The translations under genes and the position numbers were made by a program. From contig CM035358.1 of NCBI GenBank assembly GCA_020137815.1, positions 6,262,001-6,326,000 of the forward strand: a stretch of 64,000 nt of DNA, in the 5' to 3' direction. The notes under the pieces were generated by a model. The model saw only the letters and a program-made list of their open reading frames with translations. It searched no databases and was not told where the DNA came from. The DNA comes from Hormiphora californensis (lineage: Eukaryota > Animalia > Ctenophora). Positions 34,236 through 46,871 of the stretch are shown here, one piece after another (the first letter of the stretch is position 1; each line of letters opens with the position of its first letter).

Positions 34236-36084
34236 TTGGTGACATAGACACCTGGCGCGACCAAGATTGAGCTCACACACAGGTGCCGGCTCCGCCCCAA
34301 AAAGGGTCGTTTCTTTCAAGGGATGTTGCACGCGATCCACTGGACCGATTTGCATCCGGTTTGTCGCAAAAGACTACAAATGATCCTAATATATGCTGTG
34401 CAGCAAGAGTTGTGCAGCAAGACTTATCTCTTTTTGCACAGCTCTCCGATCTCGTTTCAAACGAGCGATCTTGGGTTTTCCCAGCGAACATGGTATATCC
34501 AGCGACTAAACCGAAACGAATCATAATATGTAACCATAGTTCACATTTAATCTCTATTATAGTTCACATTTAATCTCTCCCGACTACAATTCCTTCTCCC
34601 TCTCTCTCTCCCGCCAAGAGAGAAACTTTTTTTTCCAGTTTAACGCTCTCTCTCTCTCTCTCTCTCCAATCTCCCTTTTTACTGCAGAAATACACTCTCC
34701 CCCCCCCTCAGTTTAACGCTCTCTCATCTTTTTTTACAGAGAAACAATATCTCTCTCTCCCCTCAAACTACGCGATATCTCAGTCACGCACTGTGCTAAT
34801 TAAAAAAAATCCATTTTCACTTCCTAACTCAGTTGTGCAGCAAGACTTATCTCTTTTTGCACAGCTCTCCGATCTCGTTTCAAACGAGCGATCTTGGGTT
34901 TTCCCAGCGAACATGGTATATCCAGCGACTAAACCGAAACGAATCATAATATGTAACCATAGTTCACATTTAATCTCTATTATTTGCCTCCACCCACCCC
35001 TCCGCCTCACCCGTCCCAAAGTAGAGGACTTTCTGAAACAGGTTACTATAGAGACAATCCTTGTGTTCTAATTCGCTAAGTCGCTTATCGCGTGTAAGTG
35101 TGTAACAACTCACAAATGTGAGTACAATACCCGTCCTGCCACTTATAATGCAAACCTACCATATGACAGACCAATTCAAGATACTATAATACTATAATAA
35201 TGAAACCCCAAACACCTAATATGCGGGTGACCTAAAATCCTAAAAACGGAGGCAAAACCTCGTACAATAACCTATGTAAAACGATAATAAACCACACCGC
35301 GTTAACTATCAAGCTAATCGAGACAGCTCAAGAATAGAAAGCGACATCCCCTCTTGTCGCAGGGGGATAGAGCCACGGAGCCAAGAATCACAGAAAGAAG
35401 AATCAAGATTCTGCGACTCTCGAAGGAGTTTAGCCTCCCGAACCCGAAGCCACCTATAATGCGAACCTGTCCTGTGGTCAGTTCCTGATGGTGGGGGAGG
35501 GGAGGGGGGCTATTCTCCTAGTGCCGGCGATATCGCTTTGCGATAGTCCCATGTGGGCTTGCCGTTGGCAAGCCCAGGCACTCCGTAGATAGATAGATAG
35601 ATAGATCCTAATATACTGGAAAATACCCGAGAAGTTTGTTTGTCAACAGGAAGTGGGTCAAAATTGACACTGAAGTCAAATCTATAATCTGGCTTCCGAG
35701 AGTTTCTGCACTACGCCCAAGCGGTTTAGAAGATATTGGGAGATATGTTGATGCAATTAGCATAAGCTATTAATGCCGGGTATTTTCTAGTACTCACAAG
35801 ACTTCAACCTATCTTCTGATACCCTCAGATTCATTCTAAACCGTCTGGGAGTGGTGCAAAAAGGCTCGGAAGCCAGATTATAGATTTGACTTCAGTGTCA
35901 ATTTTGACCCACTTCCTGTTGACAGACAAACTTCTCGGGTATTTTCCAGTATATTAGGATCAATTTGTAGTCTCTTGCGACAAACCGGATGCAAATCGGT
36001 CCAGTGGATCACGTGCAATTTGGCTTGAAAGACACGACCCTTTTTTAGGGGGCGGAGCCGACACCTGTGTGCGGGGGTCACCAA
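34236..36084. mobile_element. Foldback/Mutator-like element with 9-bp TSD inserted in a palindromic MITE
   Basis: Ends TTGGTGAC / GTCACCAA. TSD CGGAAAACG at 34227-34235 and 36085-36093. Long subterminal inverted arms. Host MITE spans 34067-36134, with an intact copy at 42245-42482. Confidence 0.85.
34394..35603 (+). mobile_element. Probable retroposed insert (truncated LINE/SINE-like)
   Basis: 12-bp TSD GATCCTAATATA at 34382-34393 and 35604-35615. 3' (AGAT)n tail preceded by hairpin GGGCTTGCC-GTT-GGCAAGCCC. Internal ~150-bp duplication (34408-34560 and 34831-34983). Confidence 0.7.
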
Positions 36085-37044
36085 CGGAAAACGTGAGGTA
36101 CACCGCAGCTCTCAACTACAAACCATCTTCATCCACCACGGACGGTGTCCCCAGCCCACTAGTGGAATGGTACAACATAGTTAGGATGAATGATCTTGTA
36201 GAGGCGTGGTGACTGGTGAGCGGCTGTATCGGTGCTCAACGCGGGGTCCCAGACACTGTCTACACTTTTTCAAGGGCTTCCTATGGTGCTATCTATGGCG
36301 GGGAAGGGAATGCTGTCCCAATCAATATATTATATGGGATAACATAATTTTAGCAGCGTTTCACCAGGGGCCTTGTCCCCTGGTGATAATATTGAGTTTA
36401 TTACCAGTTCAGATCATCCGTATCACAACATAATTATAACATAATGGCACGGTTTGGTTTGGTTTGGTTTGGGCCGCTCATCTGGGACTGTAAACAGTGG
36501 TGACTGAGAGATCATATATGTGCTCGAATATTGGTATTTGAGGCGGATTTAAGTTGCATTTTATAGTGAGGGGAAGAGCTCTTATTGGTGTCTGAGACAA
36601 GCAAAAGTGAAACGAAATGCAACGTAACGAACGAGTTATCTCTTTCTCTCTCTGCTTCCATCTCTCTATCTCTCTCTCAATACAGGCGAGTAACAATCGA
36701 GATTGGAAGCAGCCAATCAACTCTTTTTTCACTGCCACTTTTTGTTACGTTGCACGGGAAGGACCTCTACCCCGGCCCCTTTATTGAAATTTGTTTACAT
36801 TTGAGAGAGTATCACACATTACATAGTGTGAGAGAAAAGTGTGTGTGTGTGTATTTCAACAAGGACACCTACCCAACCTCCTGTAAAGCTGGCAACATCG
36901 ATCTACAAGCAACCATCGCATCAAATCAGATAAATTTGTCACGTTGTTGTCAGTCTGCTGATTATTGTCATGTTTGTCTCAATAGGTTTCGTCATGTATG
37001 CTGTCCCTCAGTTCGGTAATACGTTTTGTGTCATGTTGCATTGT

Positions 37045-37414
37045 ATTCAATTAATATGTCGTGATTACTGTTTGGTAGCCCACATATGATATGTGAGCGC
37101 TGCAGATAACATGTGCCCTGTTTGATACGCCTAACTGGTTAGAAAGCAAGAACCCTGTTTAAATACAAGGATTGTTGCTGTTCGAGATATCCGATATAAA
37201 GATAGTGCTAATACATCAGTACTGTGGGAATATGATATGCGCCTAGATATATCGAATCCAGTGGATCGCTTGGTTACTTCCTTCGTTAAACAAGCATTGA
37301 AACTGGAGGGTTGGAGTAACTCATATACAGTGCGGCACATTAATGTGTTTGTATCTGATTTTTCGGAATGACCAGTTGGGCTATTAAACGGTAATCACGA
37401 CATATTGATTGAAT
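37045..37414. mobile_element. MITE with ~37-bp imperfect TIRs
   Basis: ATTCAATTAATATGTCGTGATTACTGTTTGGTAGCCC versus GGGCTATTAAACGGTAATCACGACATATTGATTGAAT. Confidence 0.65.
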
Positions 37415-37919
37415 TCGTGATCTTCGGATCTACTGCACGAATCAAGTGATGGCACCTCGTACCGTTGAACGGTCGATTGATTCAATAACCTGTTGTTCAG
37501 GCTTGATCAATATCATGTGTGTGGGTGATGTGTGTGTGTGATGTCCCTGCAGCATAGTGCATAATACTACGGTTAATGTAGTTCTATTATCATTGCATTG
37601 TATTTTGTATTATTATTCACTACTGGTTGATCCCCCCCCCCCCGGTTAGGATCCTAGTACCCTATCTCACCTTTCTTACTGGATGACCCTAGCCTTCTAA
37701 TTCTTCTTCATTGTGCTGGTGTGTGGTGGTATATGTAGGATGTAGATGTAGGGCGGTCACACTTCCCAGCAGGTACCTATTTGTAGAGCCGGCTTGGTGT
37801 TTTTATTGATAGTTCTAGTTTTTCTAGGAGACATGTTTCAGGGCACGTTTCTGCTCAAGGAAGGGTAAGGCCATGCACTCATTTCAGGACCTGGCAGAGT
37901 TATCTGTGGGATGAGAGGG

Positions 37920-39600
37920 TGCGGTTCAAGGGTTTCTGTTCCCCTAGTACTTAAGGGTCCCTTTTGGTACCCGTTCGGGGCTTTTTAAAAACGAAAAACA
38001 AACATGTTTGTTCTCCCTATAGGGGAAGGGGTTTTTTCCTTGTTCTTTTGGGGAAAGGTATGGGAGGGGTTTTTTCTCTTAGTTGGTGGGTTTGGCGTGG
38101 TTGTTTGTCGCCGCCCCCCGCTCCTCTCGCCCAGGCCTGTTTGGTACACATTAAAGCCATACCTTCCCAATCGGGTCCCCAAGGGTAAAATGAAAACCCG
38201 ATAATAATCACAAATCTTAACCCCCCTCTATTGAAGGGAGTTCATTTGCGGGGCTGCCTCCGATAAGGGGCGGAAGTTCACTGCTCATACACCCCAACCT
38301 CTTCTTCAGGTTCTCGAAAAATGGGAAATTTTCTTCTAAAAAGCGTCACACAATCCCCCCCATGTTTCAGTGCACTCCGCTCAAAAACTCCCTTTTTCCT
38401 CTCTCTCTTCCCCTTCCCCTCCTCCTTCTCTCCCTCTCCCCTCTCTCCCTCCCCTCTCTCTATCATCCGGGGAATTCCCAGGCCCCCTGCATTTGGCAGT
38501 GTTTTTCCCGTTCTTTTTTATAATTTTTTTAATTACACCCCTTTTCTTCTTTTCTCTCGGTCCTCTCTTTCTCTTGCCTTTCTCTCTCTCTCTTTCTCTC
38601 TCCCCCCCTCTCTCTCTCTCTCTCCCCCTCCCTCCCCCCTTTTCCCTCTCTCCCTCCTCTCTCTCTCCCCTCCTCCCTCCCCTCTCTTTTTCTCTCCTTT
38701 TTCCCCTCTTTTTTTTTTCCCCCGTTCCTCCCTTCTACTAAAACAATCGCCCCCCCCCTTCCCCCAAAAATTTTTCGCGGAGGAGGGGGAAAGCCCTTTC
38801 CCCCGGGGCTTTTTCCCTCCTGGACCCCAGTAAATTTTCCTGCGGCTCCTCCTCCCCCGTGCACCCTATTCCTTCTGCCGCCCCGTTTTTTTTCCACCTT
38901 TCCCCCAAAACCCCTTTCCCTCCCTACCACCCTCGCCCTTTTTTTTCCCCAAAAACGGGTGTGGGGGGGTTAAGTTTAACTTTCCCCCCCCCCTTTCCTC
39001 CCTTCCTCCTCCCCCTCCCCTTTCCTTCTCCCCCCCTCCCCTTTCTCCAGAAATGATGATAACCACCGGGATTTACTTTATATGCAGTTGTAATTTTTTT
39101 TTATCCTTTTTCTTTTTTCCCCTTTCCCCTTCCCCACCCTCCCCCTCCCCCTTCCCTTCTCCCTGTCCACCACTCCTCCCGGCTTTCTTCTTTCTCCTCG
39201 GCCTTTTCTCCTCCTCCTTCCTTTCCCCCTCCGTCCCTTTTTTCCCCCTATCTTATTGGGGGGGCCGGGTGTCTAAGGTGGTAGAAACTTTTCTTACTTT
39301 TTCCCAAAAATAACCTCGTCAATCTTTTTTTCCCCCATACCGGGGTTGGGGGAACAACATTTGGGGGCAAGCAACCGGGTCAAGAAAGCCGATTTATCTT
39401 ATTATGTTGCTTTCAAACCAATATTTTGGACTGCCCTGGATCGAGAATGGGCCCCTGAGTCGAAAAAAAAAGAAAAAAAGCAGCCAATCAATAAAAAGAA
39501 TATTTTAAAGGGGGAAGGGTTTTATTTTTCCACTGGTGGAGATCCTGGAAATGGGGGGGTGGGGGGGTTTTCGACTTGCGACGTGAACAAATTTGGGGCG
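37920..39600. other. Probable low-accuracy consensus segment
   Basis: Abrupt excess of homopolymer runs and a scrambled CT tract, unlike the clean (CT)n elsewhere. Similar patches at ~21075-21600 and ~34580-34830. Confidence 0.65.
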
Positions 39601-40076
39601 CAATACAGAAGAACAAGGGGGACAAGTTTGCCGCAATCTATAATCATGATATGAACGAATAACCCGATATTTAAAAATGATGCAATTATTGATGCTCTAT
39701 TCACCCCACAACTGAGGCATTTTATTGTATCATGGGTGCTTGTAGTGAGAATACTGTATCGGTTCAACACGGTATCAGTGAAAAACGGTAAGACGAGTCA
39801 CGAGACCAATCAAAGCGCCAGATTGACAACACGTGACACCGAAATATATATGTATTTCAAATACATATGTATTTCAGAAACCGTAATGGTCAAATACCGT
39901 ATTATTCAGACACCGTATTCCCACTACAAGCAGCACTGTATGCCTATAAATAACCATGGGTATTACTGCGATAGTGTAGGGAATTCTCGGGAATTGATCC
40001 TCAGGGAGAACTCTACGAATAATTGGAATTTCTCCGTAGTAGGTTACAAATATCATATCGTTTTTCTTTTTGTTTA

Positions 40077-41447
40077 ATTAATAATAATAATAATATTGGC
40101 ATTTGTATACACGCTCAGACCCCGTAGAATACTAGAATCTAAAAAAAAGCCTAGTAACACGGAGCATCAGAGCGGTTCACTTTTGCTTCAAACCCTTAAA
40201 ATATAAATAAATATTAAGTCTATATATTCCAGATTAAATGTCCAGTGCTCTGATGCTCAACAATCCGGTCACAAAACTAGCAAATTACATATCATCAGTC
40301 CCACACACACGCCCATACACTCAAATCACCACCTCCATCACCTTGCCTCCTCTGATTCCAAAGTTCTTCTCAGGTTCCACCTCCTTCCTCTCCCTCAGCT
40401 CCGCAACCAATTTCCTCCTCTCCTCTCTCTCCTCGGGCGATCGATCAGGGGATATAAAAATATCCTTGCAGTCTTTTGAGTTCTTCAGACTACTCTTGGA
40501 GGATAGAACTTGATCTCGGAAATTCCGGCCACTTAAACGCAGCTTGACTGGTCGGTCGGTACCCTCCTTGTACCTACCAAGACGCTCCATACCCCAGACA
40601 TTGGTAGTACACTCGCCTAGGTAATCAAACAGGCGTCTGACTTCTATCTCCAAATCGTTATTGTTTTCACTTTTGCAATCACTCAACCCATGGATAATCA
40701 AATTGCTCATCCTATCCTCTGTTGCACTACTAATCGCGGTGCTGATTCGCTTCGGGGCTAGGGCAGTGTCACAACCCTTCTTGAGAACAGATGAAAAGGT
40801 CTTGATCTCTTCTTCTGCTGTAGACTGTACTGCAATTATCTCCTTATCCCGCTTCTCTAACAACTCGCACTGAAGTTTAACAAGTTGTCCCTGGGCCTCC
40901 ACCAATGCTCGCTGAGAAGCAATCAACTCTTCTTGACTATCCAACAGCTTCCTCTCACTGTCCTCAACTTCATTACTCAGGCGGTCAAGCACAGGGTAGC
41001 ACCTTTCGACTAACAAAAGGCACACCTTCTCCACGAATATGTCAAGATCCGGCTTTTTGATTGCCTTGATCTTACTTTTACTTGGACACTTCAAACTATC
41101 CCACACACTACGACTGGCTGACAAACTCTTGGGAAAGGAATCCTTCATACCCGCAAGACTGAACAGATCATTCACCAGGTCAAAAAGTTCGCCCTGTACT
41201 TCACCATAGACACTCCTCCGCACCCTTTCATTTTCATCACTATACACTCTCAACCGGTCCTTGAAGCTGCTAGCAGAAGCATTACTCATAGCCGTTGAGT
41301 ACAGAGAGAGATTGGTATCTCACAATTAGAGAGATCCTCAAGCAATACAGAGATAAGAGACAGCTCAAACTGTGACAAAATGTGATGTGAGAACAATTAA
41401 AGAAATTTCTTTGATTAAACACGATCGTGTTTTGATTTGTAATTGCG
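40077..41447 (-). mobile_element. Non-autonomous LINE (L2/CR1-like) encoding ORF1 only
   Basis: Short 5' UTR, intact ORF1, ~225-nt 3' UTR ending GAGCGTGTATACAAATGCCAAT(ATT)n. No RT or endonuclease ORF. 5' boundary approximate. Confidence 0.7.
40321..41289 (-). CDS. LINE ORF1 protein (coiled coil + RRM/Tnp22-like)
   Basis: 322 aa, intronless. Coiled coil followed by RMSNLIIHGL..., RLGRYKEGTDRPVKLRL and IFISPDRSPEEREERRKLVAELRERK, typical of CR1/L2-clade ORF1. Confidence 0.8.
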   Translation of the reverse strand: MSNASASSFKDRLRVYSDENERVRRSVYGEVQGELFDLVNDLFSLAGMKDSFPKSLSASRSVWDSLKCPSKSKIKAIKKPDLDIFVEKVCLLLVERCYPVLDRLSNEVEDSERKLLDSQEELIASQRALVEAQGQLVKLQCELLEKRDKEIIAVQSTAEEEIKTFSSVLKKGCDTALAPKRISTAISSATEDRMSNLIIHGLSDCKSENNNDLEIEVRRLFDYLGECTTNVWGMERLGRYKEGTDRPVKLRLSGRNFRDQVLSSKSSLKNSKDCKDIFISPDRSPEEREERRKLVAELRERKEVEPEKNFGIRGGKVMEVVI

Positions 41448-41449
41448 TA

Positions 41450-41958
41450 TGGCCAAAAATGCTGCCCTAAACTAACTATTGGATTGTGCGTTGCCGGAGA
41501 GACTGCTCCCTGGTGACTGAGAGATCATATGTGCTCGAAAATTGGTATTTGAGGCGGATTTAAGTTGCATTTTAGTGAGGGGAAGGGCTCTTATTGGTGT
41601 CTGAGACAAGCAAAAGTGAAACGAAATGCAACGTAACGAACGAGTAATGAATAGAATTCTGCTATGTGACTTGTTAGTGCTCATTTATCAAACACGCGAT
41701 GGCAAAGTACAAAGTTTCCCAAATTTAATTAAATGCGAAATTCCAAAGTTTTGGTCAATTTTGGCCAAAAATGCTGCCCTAAACTAACTATTGGACTGTG
41801 CGTTGCCGGAGAGACTGCTCCCTGGTGACTGAGAGATCATATGTGCTCGAATATTGGTATTTGAGGCGGATTTAAGTTGCATTTTAGTGAGGGGAAGAGC
41901 TCTTATTGGTGTCTGAGACAAGCAAAAGTGAAACGAAATGCAACGTAACGAACGAGTA
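41450..41958 (+). repeat. Tandem duplication with ~311-bp period, partial third copy at ~36499-36635
   Basis: TGGCCAAAAATGCTGCCC...GCAACGTAACGAACGAGT occurs at 41450-41647 and 41762-41958. Confidence 0.85.
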
Positions 41959-42977
41959 ATCAAACTGTGTTAGTGTGTTCGTTGGGTAAAATGTGACATC
42001 GTAACGGTACCTCGAAGCGAATGCCATTGTATTTAGTTCTAATTCTACACGACATTCATGACAATCAACCCGGCTGGAAGAGGATGCTACGGCATACGGG
42101 CCTCAACCATTCGATGTTGAAAAAAGGGAAGCGCAGCTTTTAGTTCTCCTTTCCACCATCTTAGGACATGAAATTCACTCAGAGCTAAAGATGCAGAGAA
42201 TCACTCCACACATAGTTGTTCAACAAACCATGCCATATGGATTAGGGTGAAGATGGTTTGTAGTTGAGAGCTGCGGTGTACCTCACGTTTTCCGGAGTTT
42301 GGGCAGACATTCAAATTTCAAAACGAGGCATTTTCAAAACAAAGATTAATCTAATCTAATCTAAGATTAATCCAATCTCTGTTTTGAAAATTCCTCGTTT
42401 TGAAATTTGAATATCTGACCAAACTCCGGAAAACGTGAGGTACACTCACGACTCAACTCTCAACTACAAACCATCTTCATCCACCTTGCCCCTTGCTGAT
42501 AATATTGGGATGCTAAGGTCGAGTTTATTACCAGTTCAGATCATCCATATCACAACATAATTATAACATAATGGCACGGTTTATGCAAGAACTACTACAC
42601 ACATTATTATTACTCCTGCAGCTGTCACCGTTTGTTAAACCCAGGCAAGGTCCGGTATGAGAGGTTCGAGCAAGTCACCATCTTGTCAAAGCACAACTTA
42701 ATTTGGCTGGCAATGATCATCTTGTTATAACTGTTGTTTTGTCTGTGACGACATGTGTTGTCGATATTGTAAAACTTCAAAACTCGGAAATTTTGGTTGG
42801 TTTAAAGTGCAATTGGAAGAGCATACACACTATCAATCCCTAATAAGGCAGTAACATAATAATATCCCTAATAAGGCATACAATAACATAATAACACTTC
42901 AACAGAAATCAATTTTACCTATAGTAACATTTGGTAGTGGTGTTACTTCCTCAAGTACAATAAAGGTAGATTCTATA

Positions 42978-43048
42978 ACAAACAAACAAACAAACAAACA
43001 AACAAACAAACAAACAAACAAACAAACAAACAAACAAACAAACAAACA
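42978..43048 (+). repeat. (AAAC)n microsatellite
   Basis: Perfect tetranucleotide run. Confidence 0.95.
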
Positions 43049-43620
43049 CACCACACCACCAAGTGAACAACACTAGTGCTCAACAAGGGGATGGCGATTG
43101 GTTCGTTAACCCTCGACTACGCAACAGTTGTCTGGCGCCGCGACCCCATCTAAGCGTGCACTGAGAATCAAACGGGGGTCAGGCGCAGCCAGACTACGCA
43201 ACATAGTAACTCAGTTTTAATAATTTAAATTTAACTAAAAACTTTGATCCTAAAAGAATTTCACCTATAAAACTGCGCCTAGCAAACAAAACGACAGTAT
43301 ATATAATACCTAGTAAAAAAGTATCTAAAATCGTACTACTAAATTCCCGAATTCATCAACCATTACAGCGATAACATATAAAACACCGTCTTTAGTAGCT
43401 AAATTCTTCTCTTATTGGTTGAATATATATCCATCCGAGCTAGTATCATGACATATAAGTATCATATATCACACAAATCTAACAGATACAATATCTATTT
43501 GTGGCTCGCTCCGTCATTTTATTTTAAAATCACGGAGAGAGCGCACTCGGCGAGAGTTCGGTACATCAACAATACATCCCTCCTCCTTTTTATCAAGATT
43601 GTCTAAAAGAACCACACAGT

Positions 43621-46600
43621 TTACAGGTGAACAGGTTTTCGTTTTTGTAGCGTGGTGTCCTCGTATATCCTATCGTAAATAATCCCGTCCACCTTACACT
43701 CAGAACGTAGCATATCTCGGTACTGTGAAGATATAATGTTAGATTGTTATGTTCTAACCCTCCCGGGGCGCGCGAAAAACAGTCTAACTTGGCAAATGTT
43801 AGACTGTGGATATATAATAATCGGGGGGGGGGGGGGGTAGATATAATATATGTTTTAGACAAGGTGTAATAGACAACAGGAAACGTAGGGAGACAAATAA
43901 AAATTCCAATGCTAAAATAACAGCCTTGCTGATAACTGTGCAGTGAGAAAGACAGTGGGTCGAGCAAGGTAGCTTACATCTTGACAGGAGTTATGGAATC
44001 CCCAAACAAATGTAGCTAATCCTGCATCCTTGAGAGTTTGGATTGTTTCTTTAGGGTCGTTCTGGAGCAGCCCACTAAATACAGAGATACCCTGGGAAAA
44101 AGAGGGTAAATAATAATTGTCTCTCATAGTGGTTAGTTTGTTTGTTTTAACAAAATACCGATGAGCTCTGCCATGCCAATGCTCTGACCACTGTCAGGCC
44201 AATGCTCTGACTACAATTCTCTCGCGCTTTGACAGGATGAGCTGGGACATTAAGCACTGTGTTATTACTTACATGTAAATTCTCTGAAACAGCAAGTTTC
44301 GTACAGGCCTCCAAAGAGCGAAGTCGGCCATCGGTGTAATCAGTGTATGTCTCAGTGGAGCCTTGCATTATCAGAACAACTGGCCACCTCCCTTGTTTTC
44401 TTCGCAACCTGGGTAGGTTTGTTTGTTTGTTGTTACTAAAAGATGGAGGATAGTCTGTCAAAAAGGGGTGGAACCGGCACAGATATAGGATTTACCGAGC
44501 ACTAATTTATAGCTAACATATTAGACATCGGATTGCGTTGACACTTGACCATGTCATAGAGATCGGTCGGTTTGCGTCGTGGGACCAGGATTATATGGGA
44601 CTTGACACTCACATGATCTACCCTCACAGAGCCACATACTTACATGATACAAGTAGTGGGACAGAAACTGCACAAGATGATTCTTCTGTCAGCAGCATGC
44701 TCCAGAAGCTCTTTTAGCACACAATCCACATAGCTATTCTTATCCGTGTGATACGGGGCTGGGGTGGTACCCTGTAGAGGTAGAGGGGTTTAGTTGGGGA
44801 CTAGGGTTTAGTTGGGTGGGGTAGGGGGCTGGGGTGGTACCCTAGGTGGAATTAGAGGGGGTTTAGTTTATAGTTGGGGTGGGTTTAGTTGAGAGGGGTT
44901 GGGGTGGTACCCTGTAGAAGGGGGGGTTTAGTTGGGCGCTAGGGTGGTACCCTGTGGAATTAGAGGGGGTTTAGTTCATAGTTGGGGTGGGTTTAGTTGA
45001 GAGGGGCTAGGTTGGTACCCTGTAGAAGGGGGGTTAGTTTAGAGGGGCTGGGGTGGTACCCTGTAGAGGGCAGGAGGTTATTACGGGAGGGTTTTGTTGG
45101 GGGCTGGGGTCAGGGGTGGTACTATAATAGAGGGGAGGGGGTTTAGCGGGGGGGGGGGGGGGTGTTTTAGGATGGTTGATGAATATTTAGGTTACAGACA
45201 GAATATGTAGGTAGCATGTTGGGAGACTTTTAACGACTCGTTGACGTCAAAGGGTTTATGTCATGACACCATTAAACCACACATGTTACCAGTTACACAC
45301 AGCTCAGAGCGAACAAACTGACAGCTGATAGATGAAGAGTAATAAAACGACACAATTACATACAGATGGACACACAGACAGACAGATACAGACAGAGACA
45401 CAGACGGACAGAGACACAGACAGAGACAGAAAGAGACAGAGACAAAGACGAACAGAGACAGACAGAGACACAGACAGACAACGACACAGACAGACAAAGA
45501 CATAGACAGAGACACAGACGGACAGATGCACAGACGAACAGACGAACAGACGGACAGACAGAGAGATGATGGTGTTACAAATTTAGATGGTGGGCTGGGA
45601 CTACTTATTAATATGTTTCTGCAGAGATAGAAAGTGAGAGATAGAAAGTGAGAGATAGAAAGTTAGAGATAGAAAGTGAGAGATATGCAGTAGTAAGGCA
45701 GTGTGATAGTGTACATATATTGCAGGTAAGCGAGGACACGTTATGTCGTTAACGTTCCTGCCTACATCACACACACACATACACACAGATGGTGTGTGGA
45801 GAGGAAATGGAGAGAGATGTATTAGAGGGCGGGGTAGTGATGGTCATAGTGAATTAGTGGAGATGAATTAGAGGGCGGGGTAGTAGTGATGGTCATAGTG
45901 AATTAGTGGAGATGTATTAGAGGGCGGGGTAGTAGTGATGGTCATAGTGAATTAGTGGAGATGTATTAGAGGGCGGGGTAGTGATGGTCATAGTGAATTA
46001 GTGGAGATGTATTAGAGGGCGGGGTAGTGATGGTCATAGTGAATTAGTGGTTTATTAGCTTTACTATGATCGTGGAATATGAACAGTCTAATATTAGAAA
46101 GAAGCTCTGTGCAGTGGTACAATTCAAAGACTTTCTTCTGGGTTTTCTAAAATCCGGTCCACATTGCCACATGTATGCTGAATATATACGTCATGACAAT
46201 TGACACCCGTCAATGATGAATGACGTAAAATAATGTCGTGATGTCATGGCCACATGTATTATACTAGAGGTATTATACGTCATATGACGTAACGTGACGT
46301 CAATATCGTGACGTCATTACCTCTTCGGCGAGGTTTGTCTTGACCTCCAGCATGATACCAAGATCAGGAGGTAGGGAAGTGGAGCATCTTGGATAGTTCT
46401 GGGAATGCCTTGCTGCCCCATCTGTAATGTCCTCTAAACTATCAGAATGGTGATAGGAAGAGCTGCTCAGAACGCTGCTCGTCAGTAGCCGTCACCTGGG
46501 AATAAAAGGAGATATATTATGGTGAAAGATGTATGGTGAAAGAAACGGGGCTTGGGGATTTAGAATAAATGGAGATAGATAGATAGGTGTGTAGGATCGG

Positions 46601-46731
46601 GGATAGGGTAGCTAAGGACTGTGTGGGATGTGGGAGAGCGGTTAAATGTAGCGGAGTGTTGTGTATATGGAGAGAACACGAGGGAGAGAGAGAGAGAGAG
46701 GGAGAGAGAGAGAGAGGGAGAGAGAGAGAGA

Positions 46732-46806
<75 letters not shown>

Positions 46807-46809
46807 TGT

Positions 46810-46871
<62 letters not shown>

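Larger units (their letters stand above)
33797..36462 (+). repeat. Local duplication, paralogous to 41975-42582 but carrying insertions
   Basis: 33797-34235 matches 41975-42435, 36085-36134 matches ~42427-42482, and 36371-36454 matches ~42484-42582. Confidence 0.85.

Noticed and set aside
37964-39654. Pro/Phe/Gly-rich ORFs
   Set aside because: They lie in a homopolymer-rich, probably error-laden consensus segment.
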